A stretch of DNA of 64,000 bases from a virus, in IMG/VR virus record IMGVR_UViG_3300023074_000001, positions 32,001 to 96,000 of that record; one strand, given 5' to 3'. Positions 1-8,869 of the stretch are shown piece by piece; the stretch's first letter is position 1; every line of letters starts with the position of its first letter. Below the pieces are notes generated by a model. The model searched no databases. It was not told the DNA's origin and saw nothing but the letters and a program-made list of their open reading frames with translations. Made by a program: the position numbers and the translations under genes.

Positions 1-1
1 T

Positions 2-310
2 GAAAGTTTCCACGATACTGCTGTTCGTGAGCTTATCGAGGAGCTTGGTCCTGATGTCAAGTTCACCAAGCCTCAGGTTACTTCTGTTATTAACTTGACA
101 GATTACATGCCTAAGCATTATGTTGACATCGGTATGGTTGCTTCCTACATCGAGGGTGAGCCGCGAGTGATGGAGCCTGACAAGTGTGAAAGTTGGCAGT
201 GGGTTTCTGTGGATGAGGTTCTTTATGGTAATGTAAAGGTATTCGCTACGGTACCTCGAATCCTTGAGTCCTGGTATAGTATTGGAAGAATTTCTGTTTA
301 TGACTCTTGA
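2..310 (+). CDS. Nudix hydrolase (5' truncated by window)
   Basis: Frame from position 2 reads ESFHDTAVRELIEELG (Nudix box) and continues into ORF 95..310. Confidence 0.85.
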   Translation, partial: ESFHDTAVRELIEELGPDVKFTKPQVTSVINLTDYMPKHYVDIGMVASYIEGEPRVMEPDKCESWQWVSVDEVLYGNVKVFATVPRILESWYSIGRISVYDS

Positions 311-611
311 TATGTTTATGCTAATTGCTATTAGTATAGCAATGATTGCAGTATTTACTAATTTTTTCGGTCTAGGTAGTTATCAGCGAGGAACCTGGTA
401 TGAGGTTTCCTACGATGAGCTTGACACGACGATGAAGAAGCTATATGCTCTCAAGGCGTTCAACGATTCTGATGGAATCCCTCAGGAGCAGTTGAAGGTC
501 AAGGCGTTTGTACAGGACGGCCAGGTGTGCTACCTTGTACGGGTACCGAAATGGATTTTCAAGAATGTTGAAATAGAGTTGACCGAAGCCAAAAGACGCG
601 AGCTGATCGGC

Positions 612-640
612 TTGACACCGTAAGATAGCTAGTGTAAAGT
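612..640 (+). promoter_or_regulatory. sigma70/HrdB-type promoter driving the tRNA/Y RNA/ro cluster
   Basis: TTGACA-17 bp-TAAAGT; same architecture recurs dozens of times in the window. Confidence 0.7.
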
Positions 641-645
641 AAAAC

Positions 646-706
646 TTGTCAGGGCGGCAAGCCTGCTTAAATGTGTATGCCTCGGATCTACGAGCAGCCC
701 TGACAA
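646..706 (+). ncRNA. small structured RNA, unknown
   Basis: Closing stem TTGTCAGGG/CCCTGACAA plus inner CTGCT/AGCAG; starts right after promoter. Confidence 0.45.
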
Positions 707-709
707 CAT

Positions 710-782
710 GGTCTCATCGTCTAGTGGACAAGGACGCAACCCTCTCAAGGTTGAAACGAGAGTTCAATTCTCTCTGGGACTA
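710..782 (+). tRNA. tRNA-Glu(CTC)
   Basis: Cloverleaf; anticodon arm CAACC CT-CTC-AA GGTTG; T loop TTCAATT. Confidence 0.92.
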
Positions 783-786
783 CAAA

Positions 787-872
787 GTTGAGCCGAATAG
801 GTATTGGTTATCTAATTATATGTAAATTAACCGCCCCCTTGGGGCATCTCCAATCCTAAATCCATGTTCAAC
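787..872 (+). ncRNA. Y RNA-like 1 (minimal, no tRNA module)
   Basis: GTTGAGC[C]G...TGTTCAAC bulged-C helix, upper stem TAGGtATTGG/CCAATCCTA, GTTATCT motif; upstream of ro. Confidence 0.75.
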
Positions 873-883
873 CTTTAATTTTA

Positions 884-949
884 GTAGAGTCGGAGTTAGT
901 GGTTTATCTTACTTACAAATAAAAATACCACTAACAAAACATATTCTAC
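884..949 (+). ncRNA. Y RNA-like 2 (minimal)
   Basis: GTAGAGT[C]G...TATTCTAC helix, upper stem GTTAGTGGT/ACCACTAAC, TTATCT motif. Confidence 0.75.
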
Positions 950-956
950 GTATTTT

Positions 957-1029
957 GCCGCCGTAGCTTAGAGGACAAAGCAGCTGCACGACATGCAGAA
1001 GAACGTGGGTTCAACTCCTACCGGCAGCA
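957..1029 (+). tRNA. tRNA-Val(GAC), atypical anticodon loop (C33)
   Basis: Cloverleaf GCCGCCG..CGGCAGC; loop AC-GAC-AT. Confidence 0.7.
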
Positions 1030-1034
1030 CAAGC

Positions 1035-1157
1035 AGTGAGTCGAACAGAAAACGATTATCTTACTATTATCAGGAAACTGCTGGGTTCAACTCCCAGGAC
1101 ATCCACGAGGGTGTTGCAGGCTTGCCTTAAACTCGTCTTCTACCCTTTATATTCACT
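1035..1157 (+). ncRNA. Y RNA-like 3 (YrlA-like, T arm plus closed acceptor-like hairpin)
   Basis: AGTGAGT[C]G...TATTCACT helix; CTGGG TTCAACT CCCAG T arm followed by GACATCC/GGGTGTT hairpin. Confidence 0.78.
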
Positions 1158-1181
1158 ACTTACTTTCATGGAGGCTTTAAC

Positions 1182-1376
1182 TTGTCTTTCAAGGAAACCA
1201 AGGCACTTAAGGCTGCTGCTCAGAAGCTTGCTGCGGCGAGAAAAGAATTGTTTGCGGCGCAAAAAGCAAAGTCTAGAGATGCAGCTCTAATCAAAGAGCT
1301 TGAGAAGCAAGTAGCTAATCTCACCTATTTCCATAGTCATCTTTTTTACGATGCTAATAAGGATGCGAGACCGTAA
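1182..1376 (+). CDS. small basic helical protein
   Basis: GGAGG SD, TTG start. Confidence 0.55.
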   Translation: MSFKETKALKAAAQKLAAARKELFAAQKAKSRDAALIKELEKQVANLTYFHSHLFYDANKDARP

Positions 1377-1520
1377 TTTATGGCAGACAACAAAGAAACA
1401 CGTGCAAAAGTAAGTAAAGCAGCTAATAGCTTAACACGAGCTAAAGAAGCTAAGCTAGATCAATCTGATGCTCGTGAAAAGCTTAGAAAAGCTATTGCTG
1501 AGTACGACAAGTAATACTTA

Positions 1521-1639
1521 TTGGCGAGTCGTAGTTGAATGGTTAACAGTCCAAACCGCTTGCGTGGGTTCGATTCCCACTTCGTAGTTTAATGGCAGAA
1601 CAGCGGTCATCTTCCGTTTAACGATCCTATATTCGCCAA
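1521..1639 (+). ncRNA. Y RNA-like 4 (YrlA-like, permuted T arm then D arm)
   Basis: TTGGCGAGT[C]G...TATTCGCCAA helix; GTGGG TTCGATT CCCAC followed by TA GTTT AATGGCA GAAC. Confidence 0.82.
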
Positions 1640-1643
1640 TCAT

Positions 1644-1732
1644 GCTCTTGCTAGGGACCAACGAAGTCGCGTTCGTTGAGCGTAGACCGGCGGGTTTATG
1701 ATGGGAAGGTTCGAATCCTTCCAAGGGCACCA
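1644..1732 (+). ncRNA. tRNA-like RNA with acceptor stem, T arm and encoded CCA but non-canonical D/anticodon region
   Basis: GCTCTTG/CAAGGGC-A-CCA; GAAGG TTCGAAT CCTTC. Confidence 0.65.
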
Positions 1733-1779
1733 TTCGTAATATTCAATTTTCATTGAGTCGAAAGAGAGGCTATAAGCCC

Positions 1780-3381
1780 ATGTCAGCACTAAAGAAGTAT
1801 TCAACTAATTCATTCTCCCAGACTGAGAAGGCTCGTACCGATCAGGTGCAGAACTCAGCCGGTGGCTATGTTTTCAAGGTAAACGATCTCAAGCGTCTTG
1901 AGCGATTCCTTATCATCGGAACTGATGGTGGAACCTACTATGTCGGTGAGCGCGACCTTACTAAGGCTAACGTTGATTTTATTCGTGAGATGATTGCTAA
2001 GTCTCCTGAGACTGTTCTACACACCGTTGTAGATGTTTCAGATAAGGGTCGTGCATATCGTAACGACGCAGCTATCTTTGTGCTTGCGCTTATGCTTAAC
2101 GATGCTCCTGCTGATTTCAAGGCTCAGATAGTTGAGGCTGTACCGGCTGTTGCTCGTATCGCTACTCACGTATTTCAGCTTGCTGCTTACATCGAGAACC
2201 TTGGTGGTTGGGGCCGTGCAAAGCGTCGTGCTATTGCTAAGTGGTTTGAGTCAAAGTCAGCGGATCAGCTTGCATACCAGGCTGTAAAGTACCGTCAGCG
2301 TGATGGTTGGACCATGAAGGATCTTATGCGTCTGAGCCACGTTAAGGGTGTAGATGAGCGTGTAGGCGGGTTCATTCTTGGTCGTGAGACTAACCCTGGT
2401 GGGGACATCATTGATGGTTTCCAGACCATGCAGCTTGCGCTTTCGCCTTCTGAGGTAATTTCTACTCTTGGGCGTTACCCTAATCTGCCTTGGGAGACTA
2501 TTCCTACTCAGTTCCTCAAGGATGCTGAGGTTTGGAAGACTCTATTTGCGAATGGTCAGCTTAAGGGGCAGGCTCTAGTACGTAACATCACTAGGCTTTC
2601 GCGTATTGGCGCATTCAACGATATGGTATTCGCTCGTGAGGTAGCTGACAAGCTTGTTGATTCTGACATGATTGCGAAGACTCGTCTTCACCCAATCCAG
2701 TATCTTCTGGCTTCTGTTACTCACCGTACGGGGCAGATGGATCGTAATGGTTATGGTAGTTTCTATGGTGCAGCTCGTAAGCGTGACTGGGAGATCGTTC
2801 CAGTAATTGCTGATGCGCTGGATGCAGGATTCTACCAGTCATTTAAGTCTATCGTTCCGGCAAACAAGCGTACTATGCTTGGCCTGGATATTTCAGGTTC
2901 TATGGCCGCTACTGCTCTAGGAATTGATTTGAGCTGTGCTCAGGTTTCTGCTGCTATGGCTATGGTCACAGCTCGTACTGAGCCATACACCATGATTCGT
3001 GGATTCTCTACGCAGTTCAAGGATCTAGGCATTACTCCTAATCAGGATTTTGCTACAGTTATGAGTAAGATTAGTAACCAGAACTTTGGTGGTACTGACT
3101 GCGCACAACCTATGATTTGGGCAATGGAGAACAAGGTTGAAGTTGATACCTTTGCTGTCTTTACCGACTCAGAAACTTGGGCTGGTAGGACGCAGCCATT
3201 CCAAGCATTGAAGCGATACCATCAGAAGATGGGTATTGATGCTAAGCTGGCAGTTTTCGGTGTTGCTAGCACGGAGTTCACTATTGCAGATCCTAGTGAT
3301 TCTGCGGGAATGATGGACTTCTGCGGTTTTGATTCCAACGCAGCTAGTGTGTTTGCTGACTTCTCAGCAGGTCGTCTGTAA
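1780..3381 (+). CDS. rsr: Ro60-related RNA-binding protein (TROVE + vWA)
   Basis: NSAGGYVF, LERFLIIGTDGGTYY, KYRQRDGW, DISGSM MIDAS, GGTDC, FTDSETW motifs; ATG 1780 after GAGAGG. Confidence 0.96.
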   Translation: MSALKKYSTNSFSQTEKARTDQVQNSAGGYVFKVNDLKRLERFLIIGTDGGTYYVGERDLTKANVDFIREMIAKSPETVLHTVVDVSDKGRAYRNDAAIFVLALMLNDAPADFKAQIVEAVPAVARIATHVFQLAAYIENLGGWGRAKRRAIAKWFESKSADQLAYQAVKYRQRDGWTMKDLMRLSHVKGVDERVGGFILGRETNPGGDIIDGFQTMQLALSPSEVISTLGRYPNLPWETIPTQFLKDAEVWKTLFANGQLKGQALVRNITRLSRIGAFNDMVFAREVADKLVDSDMIAKTRLHPIQYLLASVTHRTGQMDRNGYGSFYGAARKRDWEIVPVIADALDAGFYQSFKSIVPANKRTMLGLDISGSMAATALGIDLSCAQVSAAMAMVTARTEPYTMIRGFSTQFKDLGITPNQDFATVMSKISNQNFGGTDCAQPMIWAMENKVEVDTFAVFTDSETWAGRTQPFQALKRYHQKMGIDAKLAVFGVASTEFTIADPSDSAGMMDFCGFDSNAASVFADFSAGRL

Positions 3382-3395
3382 GGTTTGACAGTATA

Positions 3396-3442
3396 AGTAG
3401 CGAGTGGTAGAGTTTAGCTCAGTAGCCACTCGCTACTTTTTT
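3396..3442 (+). terminator. intrinsic terminator overlapping next promoter
   Basis: AGTAGCGAGTGG/CCACTCGCTACT hairpin plus T run. Confidence 0.65.
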
Positions 3443-3456
3443 ATCCTACTCATAGA

Positions 3457-3936
3457 TTGAAGATTGATTTGAAGCTTCTCATTGTTCTACTAATTCTTGC
3501 TGCACTAGGCTATCTGGTGTATCGAGGTTATAAGAAGTATCTTGCTCCATTCAAGAAGCCTAAGCAAAGTATTACTGATTCCTATATTGGAGGTTCCGTG
3601 ACTCAAGTTTCTGGTGTTAAGGATTACGTTCGTCGTCCTACTGAGAACTTCGTTAAGCCGACCTTTCCTGCGCCAAGGCCGAAGCCTTCTTCACCGACAA
3701 ATCCTGGCCCGAAGCGAAGCTCGCAAGCAGAGCGTGAGACTTATGATGTTTATCAGACAGATGAAAACTTTGAGTATCCTTCTTCTCCAGACACAAGTAA
3801 TGCGTACGTCTGGGAAGATAGCTCTACTAGTCGCAGTACTGAATCTACGTCGTATTACTCGCCTCCTGCTGAGGCAAGCCCGCCAAGTTCCAGCACCCCA
3901 GATACACCTTCTACGTCCAGTAGTTCTGACTACTGA
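3457..3936 (+). CDS. membrane-anchored Ser/Pro-rich protein
   Basis: N-terminal TM helix, low-complexity tail. Confidence 0.65.
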   Translation: MKIDLKLLIVLLILAALGYLVYRGYKKYLAPFKKPKQSITDSYIGGSVTQVSGVKDYVRRPTENFVKPTFPAPRPKPSSPTNPGPKRSSQAERETYDVYQTDENFEYPSSPDTSNAYVWEDSSTSRSTESTSYYSPPAEASPPSSSTPDTPSTSSSSDY

Positions 3937-4041
3937 AGGCTTGACAGCTTAGCGAGACTAGGCTAGGATTAACCAAGTAAGCCGGTTGTGGTACTTGCGA
4001 ATAACAGCCCGTAAGGATAAAAGTAATTTGGCTGTTAGCCT

Positions 4042-4116
4042 GGAGTAGTCGTCTAACAGGACTAGGACACCAGACTTTCAATCTGGGTAATGCGGGTTCG
4101 AATCCCGTCTACTCTA
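4042..4116 (+). tRNA. tRNA-Glu(TTC)
   Basis: Cloverleaf; CCAGA CT-TTC-AA TCTGG. Confidence 0.93.
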
Positions 4117-4148
4117 CTTTAAATTTTATTGTATAATGGAGATTTGCT

Positions 4149-4382
4149 ATGTCTACTCAAGTACTAGAGAGGCCAGTAGAAACATCAGATTTTAATAAGT
4201 TTTGTCATGTGGTTTGTGCGTGCAGTCCTAAGCTTTCATTGTGCGGGGCATACAAGCCAATACAATGTGGCCTGGCTATTGTTGATAGCAGAGCCATAAA
4301 AACTTGTCCTAAGTGCAAGAAAGATTTCTGTCAGGATTGCATAGATCTTTTGCCATACGAATGTGTACGCTGTGGTCGCTAG
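4149..4382 (+). CDS. Cys-rich putative zinc-binding protein
   Basis: Multiple CxxC; GGAG SD. Confidence 0.65.
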   Translation: MSTQVLERPVETSDFNKFCHVVCACSPKLSLCGAYKPIQCGLAIVDSRAIKTCPKCKKDFCQDCIDLLPYECVRCGR

Positions 4383-4514
4383 ACGTCGTAACTTCCCCAA
4401 AGGAAATTTTGCACCTCTCAAGCCTTGCACATGCGAAACACTACACAATCACAGCTTTGCAGCTGGATGCCGGTGTAAAAGACATGCGCAAGAGACTAAA
4501 TGAGGTGTTATTAG

Positions 4515-4937
4515 GTGTTTAGAATCCTTATCACAGGGTCACGAACCTGGGATGATTACGATACCATCTGCAAAGTAATTGTTGATACTATCGTAGCTTA
4601 CGTTAAAGATAATCCTCACCTGAATAAAGGCCCTATTGATTGGGTTACTATTGTCCATGGAGATTGTCCTAAGGGTGCTGATTACTTAGCTGATATGTTT
4701 GCCTCTCAAGTACTTAATTGCCAGGTCGAGCGATATCCTGCTGATTGGGCAACCTTTGGCAAGAGGGCTGGTTTTGTGAGAAACAGACGTCTGGTAGACT
4801 CGATGCCTGATGTGTGTCTAGCCTTTATTCGAGATAAATCCAAGGGTGCTACTATGTGCAGAGACCTAGCTAAGGCTAAAGGCATTCCTACAGAAACCTA
4901 CATCTACGATCCTGAGAAAGTAGCAACCAATGGCTAA
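4515..4937 (+). CDS. SLOG superfamily protein (DUF2493/YspA-like)
   Basis: RILITGSR, IVHGDCPKGAD, PADW, AGFVRN, SKGA motifs. Confidence 0.85.
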   Translation: MFRILITGSRTWDDYDTICKVIVDTIVAYVKDNPHLNKGPIDWVTIVHGDCPKGADYLADMFASQVLNCQVERYPADWATFGKRAGFVRNRRLVDSMPDVCLAFIRDKSKGATMCRDLAKAKGIPTETYIYDPEKVATNG

Positions 4938-6026
4938 GAGCAAAGATCCTCAGTGTGGAACCTGTAGTAGCTACCTCAACAAAGCTGGCAACTGTTTGAA
5001 TTGTCATCCTACGGGTCGCGCTAGAAAGCCAGGGAATCCTGGACACGGTAATAGCAGGGATAAGAAGGAAAGGCGACCACCAGCACGATGACACAAGAGC
5101 AATTACTTGATTGTTTACATATTCTTCTAGGTAAGTTGCATCTGTATCAAGCTGGTGAAAAGGTTCTAACTCTAGGAGAATGGAATCTTATCTGCGATCT
5201 ATCTGATTGGTATGCAGATAAAGGTAAGTTGATCGCTGAAGGCAGACGCTTGACAGCTATGCAGGTTGTGCTAGACTAGAGAACATAGGGGATGGGGTTT
5301 GCTGGTAGCTACCTCCCAAAATCTGTATGAAACCAGCACTAGGGTATCCGCGATCGGCAGGGCACCGGTAAAACGTCCTGGCAGGTTTGACACCTGCAAT
5401 ATCCACTTTATCAGAATGATCAACTGATGAATGCACTAGGCTTAATTACCCTAGTGAGCAACGTAGTTTAAAGGAAAAACAGAGAAACCTTAGTAGGGAA
5501 ACAAGTAGGCATTGCGCTGAACGAAGTAGCCGAACAGTAAGTATTAGATGGTAGGGTCGAGTCTACCCGTTGCGCATGGCAGATAGAGTTTGTGATTCTT
5601 GTGACTGGGGTCAGTGCTTACAGTGTCGTAAGGGTAGCTGTCGATGTAAAAATTGTGGTGGAGGTCGTCCGTCGCTGGACCCCCGTAGACGCCGATAAAT
5701 CCTTTAACGACTTATTGTTAGGAGATTTATCATGATCAGTGTAAGTTTTGATCCTGTCCTTGACGGTGAGGGCAACCTTATCGGCCAGAGACTAACTATT
5801 TATTTCAACAACAAGATAGTTAATTCTCTGGATTATCCACCTGAGGCTGTTATGACTCAGGACGACCTAGATAATTATATTGTTGGAAAGCTGTCGGGCA
5901 TTCTGTCTTGACACAGTGGGGCTAGATGATGTAAGGTATTAAGCATAAGACGGCCGGTGGGATGCGCCATACGGTAGCTTCGGGTAGGAAACTAGCTCGC
6001 ATGAAGGCTAAAAACAACGCATACCT

Positions 6027-6099
6027 CGGGCACGAGGGAGACGGTTAACCCGGCTGGTTTGGAACCATCAGACACCCAGTTCGACTCTGGGGTGCCCGA
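6027..6099 (+). tRNA. tRNA-Pro(TGG)
   Basis: CGGGCAC/GTGCCCG-A; loop TT-TGG-AA. Confidence 0.88.
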
Positions 6100-6157
6100 C
6101 AAGTAAGAGTATGGCATAGTCCCTTAATTGTCCCATAGTGGTGCTCTTACCGTAATT

Positions 6158-6231
6158 GTGGCTATAGCTTAATGGTCTAGAGCGACAGGTTGTGTCCCTG
6201 TTAGGTGTCCGTTCGAATCGGACTAGTCACC
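6158..6231 (+). tRNA. tRNA-His(GTG), no encoded G-1
   Basis: Cloverleaf; ACAGG TT-GTG-TC CCTGT; C73. Confidence 0.9.
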
Positions 6232-6279
6232 GAATACAGAAAGTGTAAGTAACATAAAAATTTACTTACACTTTCTCAT

Positions 6280-6351
6280 GGAGTTCGTAGCTCAATGGTA
6301 GAGCGCTGGGTTGTGGTCCCAGATACGGGGGTTCAATTCCCCTCGATCTCC
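6280..6351 (+). tRNA. tRNA-His(GTG) with G-1
   Basis: Cloverleaf; CTGGG TT-GTG-GT CCCAG. Confidence 0.9.
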
Positions 6352-6840
6352 CTACGACAATTTAAGGAAAACTATGATTCAGGCTACACTTTACAAGTGT
6401 CCTCGGTGTGGTAATGTTCTTCCTCGAAAATGCCCCTGCTGATACTATAAACTTAAATGACAACGGCGTCATCAATTTCTGAAGTAAAGGATGTTGATGG
6501 CGAAATATATTTGTATGGATTGTGGAACGCCTCACGATGGTGAACACAAATGTAAAAAGAAATAATTGCTCCCTAGGGTCTTTCGAGACTCCTAGGGATT
6601 TTTTATATAAGGAGAGTAGCACTATGAAACCCATTCATATATGGGATAAGATTATTTATTGGTGGGTAACTACATCAGAAGCTTGGAGATTCACTATTCT
6701 GATGCTTCTGGTATTCTGGGCCATGATGTTTTTCCTCGTAATTTAGGAGCAGTTATGGGTCACAGTGAGCCTAAAGTCTGTCCTGTCTGTGGAACTGTTA
6801 TGACAGGATCAGTATGCCCTTACAAAGGTAAGAGACACGA

Positions 6841-7323
6841 ATGAAACCGATACGATGGCTACTTGATGTTGATGGGGTGCTTAATGCTTCTAGGGCTGGT
6901 TGGTCTGCTGCACCTAATTTAGGGTTAGCTTATGGTAATGGAGCATCATGGAGAATGCGATGGGCTCCTGCTCTGATGGAGCGTATTCGTCAGGTGCATA
7001 ATACGGGCCTCGTAGAGATTTTATGGGCGACTACTTGGGTAGGGTACACAGACCAACTGGAAAGCCTTTTTAGGCTCCCAGCTTTGCGCTCAGCAGGCTT
7101 AACGGCTATGTCTGTGGCAGACAAGCAGGATGCAGCTGAGGAGACTGTTGACTCAGGAGTTAAGTTGATCTGGACAGATGATGTGGCTATTCCTACAGAT
7201 GGTGCACTACGGTTTAAATTAGAGGCACACAACAGTCTGCTGATAGCTCCTAGGTCTAGTAGAGGGTTACGTCCTGAGCATCTTGACCAAATTGACTCCT
7301 ACGTGCTACGGTACGGATCATGA
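6841..7323 (+). CDS. HAD-superfamily phosphatase (RNA-repair-associated type)
   Basis: LLDVDGVLN, WATTW, IWTDD motifs. Confidence 0.8.
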   Translation: MKPIRWLLDVDGVLNASRAGWSAAPNLGLAYGNGASWRMRWAPALMERIRQVHNTGLVEILWATTWVGYTDQLESLFRLPALRSAGLTAMSVADKQDAAEETVDSGVKLIWTDDVAIPTDGALRFKLEAHNSLLIAPRSSRGLRPEHLDQIDSYVLRYGS

Positions 7324-7721
7324 GCAACACCTATACCCTCGAAGGACTAAGGTTTACTGAAGATGAAGAAATCATCCAATACTTCACGCGCGGGCAATGT
7401 AATGCGCTTGCGTACGAGCTTAATAGACTTAAAGGATATAGTCTTGGAATCTGCTCTAGTAGTGCTGGTGGAGAAGACGATTTCGGCGCTCATGCGTTCT
7501 GTTATACATCTGATGGATTAGTTATTGACATTAGAGGTGTGCAGCACTTTGCCGACTTCAGGATGGATTGGCTTTACTTTCCTTTTGTTACTCGATACAC
7601 GCTGTCTGACTATCACAAAGAAATGAGATTTTGGAAGAACGATACTCACTATACTCAAGACAGGTTTGCTCGTAAGTGGGCTAAAATTATAGTCGATATA
7701 CTCGAAGACCCATTTTACTAA
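7320..7721 (+). CDS. hypothetical protein (possible papain-like C-H-D set)
   Basis: FTRGQC...HAF...IDIRG. Confidence 0.6.
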   Translation: MSNTYTLEGLRFTEDEEIIQYFTRGQCNALAYELNRLKGYSLGICSSSAGGEDDFGAHAFCYTSDGLVIDIRGVQHFADFRMDWLYFPFVTRYTLSDYHKEMRFWKNDTHYTQDRFARKWAKIIVDILEDPFY

Positions 7722-8323
7722 AGAAGCGAGGCGAGACATGGCAGATAAGGCTGTGTCTCGCCTTTCTTCATTTATGGCTAAGTATAGTGATAAACTACAT
7801 CTGTGCTTCGCTGCTTTCTGGATACTGATGGTAATACCTACGTTACTTTTTTGGTCCCAATCTGTTGCTGTAGTATTAGTCTATTCTGTGTATGCTTTAG
7901 TAGGTGCTCACATTGCTGCTTATGAAGGAGCAAAAGATGACGCCCAAATTGCTTTACTCATAAAAGAGGTACGTGAGCTGCGCAAACAGCTTGAAGGCAA
8001 GAGTTGACTGTGGTAGAATCAGGACATGACACACTACACTAAGGCTAATGAAGACCAGAGAAACGACAGGGCACTAAAAGATTTAGTCTACATGGAAGTA
8101 ATGAATGAGTATTCTTCCTACGAGAAGTCCGCTACTTGGTTGCAGAAAATCTATGATAACACCAGCTTTAACAGGGCAGAGGTGTATGGCCTGCTGAAGA
8201 AAGCTATTTGGCATAGAGATCTTTTACAACGAGTATTGAGTAAGTATCCTGAAGATGATTTTTACATAGGAAATCAGGCAGCATTTTTGTCTTCTGAAGA
8301 GGTTATCAAACTTAAGGAAAAAT

Positions 8324-8869
8324 ATGCAATTGATTGATTGGCGAGGAAATCCTTATACCGTAGGTAGCAAGGTTATCTATGCCGCTATGAGTGGGCGTAG
8401 TGTAGAACTGCAAGAGGCCGAAGTATTAGAGATTAAAACAGTTTACCGTAATAACTACACAGGCAAATGGGTGACTTACAAAGAAGGTGATCCTATTCCA
8501 CGAGAAATGGAGTACGATTACGATAATAAGTCTTGGGCACCTACAGGTGACGAAATTACTAAATTTGAAACTAGGGTAAAGCTTCAACCTACTCGTAAGG
8601 GCTCTCGAAACTTCTCTATGCGTGAAGATACCGAAACTTGGTATGAGAACAAGCATACAGGAGAGCGTAAAGACTGGAAATGGATTGATGAAACTTACTA
8701 CCTTCCTGCTGCGATTAAGGCACATCAGGAAACTGGTTCTCGATATCATAATAGGTACCGAGAAATTGCCGCAGAGATTGATAAGGATGGCTGGGAGCGC
8801 AAGGAGAAGTATGTTCTTCCTAAGCCGGTAAATCTGACAGTAATCGATAATATTACGGTGATCGAATGA
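8324..8869 (+). CDS. hypothetical phage protein
   Basis: Long ORF, coupled to neighbours. Confidence 0.7.
   Translation: MQLIDWRGNPYTVGSKVIYAAMSGRSVELQEAEVLEIKTVYRNNYTGKWVTYKEGDPIPREMEYDYDNKSWAPTGDEITKFETRVKLQPTRKGSRNFSMREDTETWYENKHTGERKDWKWIDETYYLPAAIKAHQETGSRYHNRYREIAAEIDKDGWERKEKYVLPKPVNLTVIDNITVIE

Noticed and set aside
1036-1290. ORF-track proteins 1036..1290 and 1518..1733
   Set aside because: They overlap Y RNA-like and tRNA-like genes and lack SD or plausible composition
1753-1779. TTG start for Ro at 1753
   Set aside because: ATG 1780 has an SD; the upstream segment is better explained as leader
5517-5540. Hammerhead-like CTGAACGA...CGAA
   Set aside because: Core spacing wrong and flanking stems not found
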